64,000 nucleotides of DNA from an uncultured Candidatus Saccharibacteria bacterium (GTDB taxonomy: Bacteria > Patescibacteriota > Doudnabacteria > UBA920). The position numbers and the translations under genes were made by a program. The notes below the pieces were generated by a model. It saw only the letters and a program-made list of their open reading frames with translations, was not told where the DNA came from and did no database searches. Positions 50,127 through 58,549 of the stretch are shown here, one piece after another (the first letter of the stretch is position 1; each line of letters opens with the position of its first letter). The stretch covers positions 8,931-72,930 of the forward strand of contig CAYSUI010000001.1 of assembly GCA_964434195.1 (NCBI GenBank). The letters are read 5' to 3'.

Positions 50127-50162
50127 GACTAGTAAAACGCGCGGGCGCGCGTTTTACTAGTC
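50127..50162. repeat. GC-cored palindrome copy 4 (GACTAGTAAAACGCGCG-gg-CGCGCGTTTTACTAGTC). Lies between convergent genes (bidirectional terminator position).
   Basis: Read directly. Confidence 0.85.
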
Positions 50163-50165
50163 TTT

Positions 50166-50765
50166 TTAATAGTCGATCCCTCTCTGAGCGAGGATACCTT
50201 TGTAGTAGGGGTGTTGTACCATACGCATCTCGGTGACCATGTCACAGAGTTCTAGGATTTTTTCGTACTTATTGTGTCCGGTTATTATTAGATGGACTGG
50301 TTCGGGTTTTAACTTGATTAATTCGACAATTTCGTCTTCTGTTATTAAGCCGACTTCAAGTGCGGAAATTACTTCGTCTAGAAATACTACTTGGTATTCA
50401 CCGCTAGTAAGAATTTTTTTGGCTTTTTCTAACCCTTCTTTGGCGGCTTTTATATGTGTTTCTTTTTCCTTGGTATCACCTAGGATACCTACGAAACCTA
50501 AACCTACCTGTTCATTATGAATTTTTCCTAGGCCTTCCGGTATAGAAATTTTATTTAAAAATTCGATTTCTGCGGATAGAGGCCACTCCCCTTCTTTTGT
50601 ACGGTCTTGATCGTCTCTTTTTTTTGCTTTAACAAACTGCATTATGTAGACATTTAACCCTGCACCACTTGCGCGTATGCATGTTCCAATAGCGGCTGTA
50701 GTCTTTCCTTTTCCTGCACCTATATTACAAATAACCAAACCTTTTATAGGATTTAAATCTTTCAT
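50166..50765 (-). CDS. ATP:corrinoid adenosyltransferase (CobA/CobO/BtuR family).
   Basis: P-loop GAGKGKTTAAIG followed by RA.GAGLNVYIMQFVK, characteristic of BtuR. Confidence 0.7.
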   Translation of the reverse strand: MKDLNPIKGLVICNIGAGKGKTTAAIGTCIRASGAGLNVYIMQFVKAKKRDDQDRTKEGEWPLSAEIEFLNKISIPEGLGKIHNEQVGLGFVGILGDTKEKETHIKAAKEGLEKAKKILTSGEYQVVFLDEVISALEVGLITEDEIVELIKLKPEPVHLIITGHNKYEKILELCDMVTEMRMVQHPYYKGILAQRGIDY

Positions 50766-50900
50766 ATTTGCTTTTTTTATAATTACATGTTATAGTTAAA
50801 AGTCTATTCATTAGACTCGCGTGTGGTATTATCTACACACGTAAGAACATAGTTTGTCGCAACTCACCCGCGACACGGAAAGAATGTAGGTTACGGTAAG

Positions 50901-51179
50901 GTGGAACCAATACTTGGTTTTTTGGTGATTGGCGTTCTTATTTTTGTTTCCGGTATGGCTTGTCGGACTTTCGGAGGAATTATAGCAGTAATTGTAGGTG
51001 GGATTCTGGTTTGGATTATCACCCACTCTCTAACATCGGGGAACCCGATCGATGCACACACAATACCCCAAGTCGCCCAAGAGGCGAGCACTGAGTTAAC
51101 AAGAAATTCATTTAATTGGTTTCCTTCGGCGATGGCCGAAATGGCATTCCTGCTAGGATCGTTTTTCGCAAGAGACTAG
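50901..51179 (+). CDS. Small membrane protein (GTG start).
   Basis: ORF track. Two TM helices. Confidence 0.3.
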   Translation: MEPILGFLVIGVLIFVSGMACRTFGGIIAVIVGGILVWIITHSLTSGNPIDAHTIPQVAQEASTELTRNSFNWFPSAMAEMAFLLGSFFARD

Positions 51180-51253
51180 ACCGCAATTGAGCGGTTTTTT
51201 ATTTGACTCAACAGTTTACAAAGATTTATATTTTCTTAAAAGGAGGAATCGGG

Positions 51254-51490
51254 ATGATTGCTGGACTCTGTAACATGCAAACCAAATTGGTAAGTCAACG
51301 ACTTCTGAAACACTCTTGGACAGAGCTTAGTCAAGAAGAAAGATCAGAACTGATAAGGCTAATGATTTATGTAGAGCGAGAATCTCGGTGGGGCCAATGG
51401 CTCGACCTTGGGGTAACGTTTTTCCTCTGCCAAATTGGTCTTGGGGTTTTTTACTTTCTCTTCTACCAAGTTTCTAACCTCTTATATTGA
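51254..51490 (+). CDS. Small hypothetical protein with a C-terminal TM (78 aa).
   Basis: AGGAGG RBS, then ATG at 51254. A TTGACT promoter lies upstream. Confidence 0.4.
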   Translation: MIAGLCNMQTKLVSQRLLKHSWTELSQEERSELIRLMIYVERESRWGQWLDLGVTFFLCQIGLGVFYFLFYQVSNLLY

Positions 51491-51570
51491 CCGATTGACT
51501 ATTGGTCTTTTTTATATTAAAATATTTACTTATTTATACATTAAACTAAAATTTTTCAAGGGGGTGAGGA

Positions 51571-51906
51571 ATGAACAAGTTAATCCCAGCTGAGGTTTTC
51601 GATAAAACAACTTCAGAGATAAAAAACCTTTTAGAGACTATCGATGTCGGACTTAGAGCATCCGGTAGTTACAGCAACTCTGAAAGGATAGGTAAGGTTT
51701 TGTCTCTCTTAACTGCACTTATGAATTCGGCAAGCGTCTCAGATCCAGAAGAAGAAATTTCTCCTACAAACATTAAGAACGAGACTCTGATTGAACTACT
51801 AAGAGGTCATTGGTTAATGACTAACGTCTCTACTGGCAGCCATAGAACCAGAAGACTTGGCGCTGATATTTTTCAGAAGGCAAAAAAGATACTTTTTAGG
51901 AATTAA
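51571..51906 (+). CDS. Hypothetical protein (111 aa).
   Basis: RBS caagggggtgaggaATG. Confidence 0.45.
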   Translation: MNKLIPAEVFDKTTSEIKNLLETIDVGLRASGSYSNSERIGKVLSLLTALMNSASVSDPEEEISPTNIKNETLIELLRGHWLMTNVSTGSHRTRRLGADIFQKAKKILFRN

Positions 51907-52034
51907 TATACACACATTAAGTGTGTTTTTTTAATGAGCACAAAACAAACTATAATATGTTTAATTGACTTTTTTAAAAATAAATGCTATAATATGATTT
52001 ATTATCCAAATCTTTTTTAAATCGGAGAAATGGT

Positions 52035-52277
52035 ATGAGAATAGATAGTATTCAAGCATTACTCGACAAAAACAATTACTCTGGTGAGAAAATTAAGTTA
52101 GTAACTCCGGGGGGACTTATTGAAGTCACTGGAGTTGAGAAGAGTAATGCCGGCGAAGAACTCGGTTTTGAATTTAAAACCGAAGATGATGGTTGGGGGT
52201 TTTTGACCCCAGAAAGTATTTCCGGAATAATCTTCCCCCCTTCGCCGAAAGCCAACCCCTACGGCAAATTTCAATAA
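52035..52277 (+). CDS. Hypothetical protein (80 aa).
   Basis: ORF plus a weak hairpin/T7 terminator at 52283-52304. Confidence 0.4.
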   Translation: MRIDSIQALLDKNNYSGEKIKLVTPGGLIEVTGVEKSNAGEELGFEFKTEDDGWGFLTPESISGIIFPPSPKANPYGKFQ

Positions 52278-52335
52278 ACCCACAAGACCCACCGGTCTTT
52301 TTTTGTTTCCCATAGAGCAAAGTTTTTTATTACTA

Positions 52336-52432
52336 CACCGGGGTCCTGTCATTCGGCACCCCCACTGGGTGCTCGGATGCACTGCGCGCCCATTGGGGGT
52401 CCCCCGCCCAATGCCACCCCTTGCGTGTAGGA
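52336..52432. ncRNA. About 97-nt GC-rich (roughly 65-70 % GC) structured element with at least two strong local hairpins (52356-52372 and 52391-52413). Candidate small RNA of unknown class.
   Basis: Composition contrasts sharply with the AT-rich surroundings. Stems verified by complementarity. Not coding. Fits no tRNA cloverleaf that I could draw. Confidence 0.25.
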
Positions 52433-52437
52433 TTTTT

Positions 52438-52998
52438 CTAGTTTTTGCTATCCAACTTTTGAACTTCTAAAGTATGGACGGCAACGCTAATAATTCCTTT
52501 ATTATTGGAGACACTGACTCTATTCTTCATTAAATATCTCGTACCAAGAACGTTCCTTACAATAAAATTAATGTTTTTTGTTTGAACTTCACCTGTTTTA
52601 ATAGACTGTTCTAACATATTTCCAGTAAAACTATCCTGAAGCTCAAATACCCCTCTCCCCGATAAATAATAACTACCGGTGTAGCCGAACTTAATTCCTT
52701 CTTCTGGATCATTTTCAAACTCTACAAATACATGGGTATTACCAGTATTCTCGAGCTTAAATACGAGGTATATAACTCCATTATTTTGTATTCTTTCAGT
52801 TCTAAGATTCATACTGAAAGCATCTGCGGTCATTTTGTCCAATTCAACCTGTTCATTCATTAACCAAACCTGCCTGAACCCTATTTTATATGCAAGAAAA
52901 GCAGCTATAGTTGCCGCTATTGTGGTAAGAAAACTAGAATCTAAAAAACTATGTATACAGTGAATTAAAGGAGATGCGAAAAGACAAATTTCTTGCAT
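52438..52998 (-). CDS. Hypothetical protein with an N-terminal TM (186 aa).
   Basis: ORF track. Confidence 0.45.
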   Translation of the reverse strand: MQEICLFASPLIHCIHSFLDSSFLTTIAATIAAFLAYKIGFRQVWLMNEQVELDKMTADAFSMNLRTERIQNNGVIYLVFKLENTGNTHVFVEFENDPEEGIKFGYTGSYYLSGRGVFELQDSFTGNMLEQSIKTGEVQTKNINFIVRNVLGTRYLMKNRVSVSNNKGIISVAVHTLEVQKLDSKN

Positions 52999-53000
52999 AT

Positions 53001-53088
53001 ATTTAATAGCATATTCCCGGAGCTGGCTTTGCCGGGCCGGGAATATATCAGCGGAAAGGGTGAGTCATGAGAGGGAAAACCATTGTTT
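53001..53088. terminator. Two hairpins between the RNR stop and the next minus-strand gene: ATATTCCCGG..CCGGGAATAT (10-bp stem) and ATGAGAGGGAAAA-ccattg-TTTTCCCTCTCAT (13-bp stem).
   Basis: Read directly. Neither has a classic U-run on the minus strand. Confidence 0.4.
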
Positions 53089-53122
53089 TCCCTCTCATTA
53101 GCGAAGCGTAAGCGTAGCGTGT

Positions 53123-55789
53123 TTATCCACACTTCGAGTAACCACAGTTATCACACTTCATACAACCTTCTTGGAAGATAAGCATACCTGCGCAAGTAGG
53201 ACACACTGGGGCGTTACCTAGATTGGCGATAGAGATTTTCTCTGTTTTTTTGTAAGTTAGAGCTCCGTTTGTCTTAAGCACTTCCGAACTTACAGTTTGC
53301 ATAACTGGTTGTTTTTCTTCGGCTGGCGAATCTACCTGAATGCTTTCGGTGAGGAGATGTTCTTTTGGAGCGTCGTTTGGTTTGAGTGGGAGCTGGTTCT
53401 GACCGCGCTTGGCGTGCTTTTCTAAGATTTTACCAATTGCATCTGGAAGAGAGTAAATCATTTCTCCGTCTGCGAAAGATACATCTGGTCCACGAATACC
53501 TTTTAGCTGACCTATGACTTCTTCGACTGCGATATTAGAGCGGAGCGCGAGGCTTATCATTCTGGTTATGGCTTCGGTTTGAGCGGAGAAGAAACCACCG
53601 GTTTTACCGAGACTAGCGAAGACTTCAAATGGACCGTGATTGTCTTCGTTAACAGTTACATAGAGATGTCCGTATGCGGTGTTTAGTTTGTAAGTAGTAC
53701 CAGCAAGAACCGAGGGGCGTTCTCTTGGAGCGATTTTGAACTGAATCTCTCCACCTTGGACACTCATAACTTCTGCTACTGGTCTTTCGGTTTTTGTCTT
53801 TTCTTTACCTTCGAGTTGCTCCTGAACGTCTTTACCTAAGTTCTTGGTGTCGGTAGCGAGAATCTGTTCATCTCGGGATCCGTCTCTATAGATAGTTCCA
53901 CCCTTACAGCCGAGGTCGTACATAAGTTCGTAGAGCTGTTTGGTTTGTTCGATTGTATAGTCGTGTGGAGCGTTACAGGTTTTACTTATAGCTGAGTCTG
54001 TCCAGCGTTGAACAGCGGCTTGTACTCGAACATGTTCTTCTGGAGAGAGCTCCATTGCAGTAACAAAATAGTCTGGAAGCTCTTTACCTGGGTTTTTATC
54101 CATCCAGTCCTTAGCGAGTTTGATGTGTTCTTGGTGCACACCTAGCCTACTCTTTCTGAAGTATGTCCAAGAATAGTATGGCTCTATACCGGTAGATGTA
54201 CCAACCATGGTACCGACTGTTCCTGTAGGAGCTTGAGTGAGTATAGTAACGTTCCTTATACCGTATTGTTTAACCTGAGCTCTTATGTACTCTGGCATTC
54301 CTTTCATGAAACCGGATTCCAAGAATTTATCTGCATCGAACCTTCCAAATGCACCTTTTTCCCTTGCGAGCTCGATACTAGTTTCGTATGCGGTTATGGC
54401 AATGAATTGATAAATTTTATCTATGAATTTTGTAGACTCAGGACTTCCATAACGAACTCCAAGGTTAATCATCATATCTGCAAGACCGATAGTTCCCATG
54501 CCAACTCTTCTTTCGGACATTTGCTGGTCGAAATTTTCTTTGAAGAAATATGGTGTAGAATCTACAACGTTATCCTGGAAACGAACAGCATATTGAACTG
54601 TGGTTTTTAGCTTGTTCCAATCTACGTCAGTTTTATCTTCGTTGATGTGCTTGGCGAGGTTTACATGACCAAGATTACATACTCCCCAAGCAGGAAGTGG
54701 CTGCTCTCCACAAGGGTTAGTACTTGGTAGTGGTGCAAAGTAGTACGAATTACTAAAGTAGTTGGCACGGTCTATAAAGTACATTCCAGGTTCTGCGCTG
54801 GACCAAGCTGATTCGATAATGTTATTCCAAATCTCACGGGCTTTTACGGTTTTGTGTTTGATAATTTTACCACCGAGATTTTTCCATTTAGCCAGATTAC
54901 CATCCCATTCCTTTTCGTACATGGAGTCGCTGGAGTCTGGGAAAACTAGATCCCATTCTTTGTCGGCTTTAACCGCTGCCATAAAGTCGTCGGTTATACC
55001 TACGGAAATATTTGCGTTGGTAATTTTACCAGCTTCTTTTTTGGAGTTTATGAAATCTACAACATCTGGATGCCAGACATTTAAGATAAGCATAAGCGCT
55101 CCTCTTCTGGATCCGCCTTGTTCAATGAGACCGGTAACAAAACTATAGAGACTTGCCCAAGAAACAGAACCACTGCTTCTACCATTTACACCTTTTACAT
55201 AAGCGTAACGCGGTCTTAGAGAAGAAACGTTTATTCCTACTCCACCACCTCTGGACATTATTTCTGCCATTTGTCCGAGCGTTTCGAATATTCCATGACG
55301 ACTATCTTTTGGAGAAGGAATAACGTAGCAGTTATAGTAAGTTAAGTTTTGTCCGGTTCCAGCACCAGTAAAAATACGACCACCCGGTACGTATTTCCAG
55401 TCTTCCATAAGCTCTCTAAATTTTTCTGTCCAGAGAGTTCTTTTTTCTTCGGTAAGCTCTACACTTGCAATATGCTTAGCAATACGCTCAAACATTTGCT
55501 CTGGAACAGTTTCGAGTGGCTTATCTATGTGCTCAATGGATCTGGTTTCAACTGCACCATCTCTGAGTTTTACAGTAACTTCTTTTTTTTCTGTATCTAG
55601 AGTTTCTACAACCCCTATTTCTCTTTGGCCGGTTTTAAGATTTACATTAATAACCACTGTGTCACCCACAGCGAGAGTTTCTTTTTTCGCGTCTTTAATA
55701 GCGTAGCGGTCGAGGAAGATTTTTTCGCCGAGTTCAGCGAGGGCGTTCTTCGTTCTTGCCTGTAGATTGTCTTTGATTTGGGTGGACAT
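53123..55789 (-). CDS. nrdJ: Ribonucleotide reductase, class II (adenosylcobalamin-dependent, NrdJ-like) with a C-terminal Cys4 zinc ribbon.
   Basis: NPCGEQPLPAWGVCNLGHVNL active-site block (NPCGE is class II-type). C-terminal CPTC..CDNC. No NrdB-type gene nearby. BtuR adenosyltransferase 2.4 kb away. nrdR immediately upstream. Confidence 0.75.
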   Translation of the reverse strand: MSTQIKDNLQARTKNALAELGEKIFLDRYAIKDAKKETLAVGDTVVINVNLKTGQREIGVVETLDTEKKEVTVKLRDGAVETRSIEHIDKPLETVPEQMFERIAKHIASVELTEEKRTLWTEKFRELMEDWKYVPGGRIFTGAGTGQNLTYYNCYVIPSPKDSRHGIFETLGQMAEIMSRGGGVGINVSSLRPRYAYVKGVNGRSSGSVSWASLYSFVTGLIEQGGSRRGALMLILNVWHPDVVDFINSKKEAGKITNANISVGITDDFMAAVKADKEWDLVFPDSSDSMYEKEWDGNLAKWKNLGGKIIKHKTVKAREIWNNIIESAWSSAEPGMYFIDRANYFSNSYYFAPLPSTNPCGEQPLPAWGVCNLGHVNLAKHINEDKTDVDWNKLKTTVQYAVRFQDNVVDSTPYFFKENFDQQMSERRVGMGTIGLADMMINLGVRYGSPESTKFIDKIYQFIAITAYETSIELAREKGAFGRFDADKFLESGFMKGMPEYIRAQVKQYGIRNVTILTQAPTGTVGTMVGTSTGIEPYYSWTYFRKSRLGVHQEHIKLAKDWMDKNPGKELPDYFVTAMELSPEEHVRVQAAVQRWTDSAISKTCNAPHDYTIEQTKQLYELMYDLGCKGGTIYRDGSRDEQILATDTKNLGKDVQEQLEGKEKTKTERPVAEVMSVQGGEIQFKIAPRERPSVLAGTTYKLNTAYGHLYVTVNEDNHGPFEVFASLGKTGGFFSAQTEAITRMISLALRSNIAVEEVIGQLKGIRGPDVSFADGEMIYSLPDAIGKILEKHAKRGQNQLPLKPNDAPKEHLLTESIQVDSPAEEKQPVMQTVSSEVLKTNGALTYKKTEKISIANLGNAPVCPTCAGMLIFQEGCMKCDNCGYSKCG

Positions 55790-55942
55790 GGTTTTTATTA
55801 TTAATTTCTGTAAATTATGTTTTTAAATTTATAAGTCAAAATTCAAAGGTCAAAAATGAAATTCAAAATTTAAAATTATTTAAAAACTTTTTATTTTTTA
55901 TTTTAAACTTTGACTTTTGAATTATAATTTTTGATTTTGTAA

Positions 55943-56389
55943 TCATAGATTCTTTAGCTCTTGCTTAAACTCTTCTACGTCTTCGAATTGCCTATAGACG
56001 GAGGCGAAACGGATATAGGCAACCTTGTCGATTTTCTTAATATGATTCATAACTATCTCGCCAATACTACTGGAGCTTATTTCCCCATCTTTAGCTTTTT
56101 TCTGTATGTCTTGTTCGATTGCAGAGAGCAGTTTTCTAATACTTTGATCGGTATGTTCTCTTTTTTGAAAAGAGCTTCTTATCCCCCTTTCTAATTTTTC
56201 CCTGGAGTAGGTCTGCTGATTACCGTTTCGCTTCATAACAGTGAGGCCGAGAATTTCCATTTCTTCGTAGGTGGAGAAACGGAAACCGCATTTGTCGCAC
56301 TCACGCCTACGTCTTATAGCAGTACCTTCTTCTATGGGACGACTGTCTAAAACTTTTGTGTCTTCTTTCTGACAATTTGGACAAATCAT
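55943..56389 (-). CDS. nrdR: Transcriptional repressor NrdR (zinc ribbon plus ATP cone).
   Basis: MICPNCQ..DSR..CDKCGFRFSTYE then an ATP-cone region. Classic NrdR. Confidence 0.9.
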   Translation of the reverse strand: MICPNCQKEDTKVLDSRPIEEGTAIRRRRECDKCGFRFSTYEEMEILGLTVMKRNGNQQTYSREKLERGIRSSFQKREHTDQSIRKLLSAIEQDIQKKAKDGEISSSSIGEIVMNHIKKIDKVAYIRFASVYRQFEDVEEFKQELKNL

Positions 56390-56400
56390 TGCATAAGTTC

Positions 56401-56482
56401 CAAGTTTGTAAAGTTCATCAAGTTCATAAAGTAACCTCAGGTTGTACTTTAAGAACTTTATAAACTTTAAGAACTTTATAAA
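56401..56482 (-). promoter_or_regulatory. nrdR upstream region built from short repeats, including a perfect 18-bp tandem duplication (CTTTAAGAACTTTATAAA x2, 56447-56482) and CAAGTTTGTAAAGTTCAT. The same two motif blocks recur upstream of the HIT gene.
   Basis: Read directly. Compared by eye with 63870-63931. Confidence 0.45.
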
Positions 56483-56671
56483 CTAATAAGTTGTGGTCAC
56501 TAAAAAAGCCTCCTGGAAATTTCTCGAAATATAATTTGGTTTCTGATTTCTCTATATGTAGTGTACCTGTAAGGTATATTACTACTATATGTAGGGAGTG
56601 AGCAAATAAAAAAAGGCTTCTAAATAAGCCTAGTAGTTTTCATACTTGGTATGATATCCACAAATAGTGGA

Positions 56672-57085
56672 TTAGCCTACGAGAATATGAATCGATGGCT
56701 TTGCTTCTCTGTCAGTAGTCAACATTATGACATTCACACTTTCACATACCAACTGATTAAATTCTGCAAGGCTTATAAACCGGTTCTTTTCCCATGTTTC
56801 GAAAGCTTGTAGAATTGCACTTATATTATTTTCCCAGCCCAAAGCGTGAACCTGGTCCACCTTGAGATAGAAACCCTGAAATCCTTTAAGGACTGTCTCC
56901 TGAGAAATAACTTTTTTGGCATCCTCTTCTGTTTCTGCAAGGTAAACTTTACCGGTTTCACCATCTAAGAAGTTAATGTATTCAACGAGGAGCACAGAGA
57001 GCATACCCCCCGCTTTTACACAGAGATTATTTAGACTTGCCTCAATTTCAGCGCTTGCACCCCTACCCGAAACGACGATGTACAT
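56672..57085 (-). CDS. Hypothetical protein (137 aa), last gene of the ftsA-ftsZ-linked string. Weak resemblance to roadblock/LC7-type domains.
   Basis: ORF track. The resemblance is speculative. Confidence 0.4.
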   Translation of the reverse strand: MYIVVSGRGASAEIEASLNNLCVKAGGMLSVLLVEYINFLDGETGKVYLAETEEDAKKVISQETVLKGFQGFYLKVDQVHALGWENNISAILQAFETWEKNRFISLAEFNQLVCESVNVIMLTTDREAKPSIHILVG

Positions 57086-57119
57086 TTTAATTCTCCTCGA
57101 TATTTTTGTCCTAGAAGAT

Positions 57120-57677
57120 TTATCCTAGCTCAGGAGACGACTCAATGTACAGCCGGGCAATTACTTCAGGATCTATACGTTTTCCTGTGGCTGTGAAATA
57201 CCGGCGATTAGGAGACTCTTGTTCATTGCTTGTTATTCGCATAAGCTCTAATTCCGATTCTTTCACCTCTAGCACCAGCATAATTCTCGTTCTCAAACCT
57301 AAGTAATCTCCTCCGGCTAGGTAAATGGTGTCCATACCATCCCCTTCGTCATAATTTGAGTTTTTCTGCAGAACCTGAATAACATACTCCGTTGTTATCT
57401 GACCCCCATGAACAACAACGGGAATGGTCTCTGTTGAGCAAATATTAAAACTCTGTGCCAACAGATTTGGATTTGATGTGAGAATAAGAAACGGATCCTT
57501 AATAGAGTTACCGATGGAATGTCTAGTTGTGAAAGTAGCTCTTCCACCAGAGGATAGGAGCTCGTCATAGAGACTCGCCCTGAGGACCCACTGGTTTGTG
57601 TTTGGGGCAGCAATTAAGAGCGATAGCTTGCTTGTTTGTGAATTTGTCACCTTAATAACCTCCTTGTTATTCATCAT
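57120..57677 (-). CDS. Hypothetical protein (185 aa).
   Basis: ORF track. Confidence 0.45.
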   Translation of the reverse strand: MMNNKEVIKVTNSQTSKLSLLIAAPNTNQWVLRASLYDELLSSGGRATFTTRHSIGNSIKDPFLILTSNPNLLAQSFNICSTETIPVVVHGGQITTEYVIQVLQKNSNYDEGDGMDTIYLAGGDYLGLRTRIMLVLEVKESELELMRITSNEQESPNRRYFTATGKRIDPEVIARLYIESSPELG

Positions 57678-57762
57678 TTATTCCGAAACTGCAAAATATA
57701 CCACAAAACTACAACCATTACAAGAGTAAATAAAAAAACCGAGGGCATTCGGTTTAAATTTT

Positions 57763-58452
57763 TTAACCAATAAGTTCTTTGGTTCTTAGCGCTAGTTCGA
57801 TATGAGAAGTTGCTTTTAAGGTTTCTTCAGAAACAGGCGAAGCCTCAATGGTATTTTGAAAACCAAAATTTCCGCCCATTATATTTGCAACATATGCTAT
57901 ATCTGCGGGACTTAATTTAAAACCCTTATTCCAAGTCTCGAGCGCACTTATCAGCTCCAACTTGGATCTTTTAAGAGCAGGGAGAGCCTCCTCTTCCAGC
58001 TGGGTTTTAAACAGATCTGCTTTGGGATGCTTTATGGCATAAACCCATTCCAGAGTATCAGCAAGGAGTTTTGAGGCTCTATTTTGTTCTTGAATGGCTG
58101 CCCACAACTTTTCACTATCTTCACTTACCAGAGTATCGTCTGGCTTTACCGCTCTTGGACTCAGAATTCCCGGGCACATGAACACCCAGATGAACCCGGC
58201 AAAAACGATGAAAGTCAGTGGAAAAACCAAAGCATGAAAGCCCCTAGAAGAGAAGCGATCAAAAAAGGCCATGACTGAGAGAATAAAACCTAACACACCT
58301 AGAATCGTAAAGTATTTATCAAACAGTTCTCGTGATCTCCGGTAATTTTGATACTTTCTCGAGTCGTCAATGAACGACTCTAGGGCGCTACAATCGTTAG
58401 TTAAATTAATCTTTTGGTTCTTTAGCTCTGTTGCTAGATTATCACAATGCAT
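57763..58452 (-). CDS. Hypothetical membrane protein (229 aa, 2 TM) encoded just downstream of ftsZ.
   Basis: ORF track. Hydrophobic helices. Confidence 0.45.
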   Translation of the reverse strand: MHCDNLATELKNQKINLTNDCSALESFIDDSRKYQNYRRSRELFDKYFTILGVLGFILSVMAFFDRFSSRGFHALVFPLTFIVFAGFIWVFMCPGILSPRAVKPDDTLVSEDSEKLWAAIQEQNRASKLLADTLEWVYAIKHPKADLFKTQLEEEALPALKRSKLELISALETWNKGFKLSPADIAYVANIMGGNFGFQNTIEASPVSEETLKATSHIELALRTKELIG

Positions 58453-58549
58453 AGATTACCTCCTTTTTATCTGAGTTGAATGAATTTTATAACATGATCC
58501 TATTAAAAAAGCAATATAAAAGAGCTAGTATTTACTAGCTCTTTTATAT

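Noticed and set aside
52336-52432. tRNA gene, or a tmRNA or SRP RNA fragment.
   Set aside because: Could not place a 7-bp acceptor stem, a GTTC-type T-loop, or the SRP domain-IV GGAA/AGCAGC motifs on either strand. Kept only as an unclassified structured element.
55790-55942. NrdR boxes or a cobalamin riboswitch in the nrdR-RNR spacer.
   Set aside because: The spacer is extremely AT-rich with GTCAAAA repeats. There is no acaC..Gtgt palindrome pair and no GC-rich B12-box-like structure.
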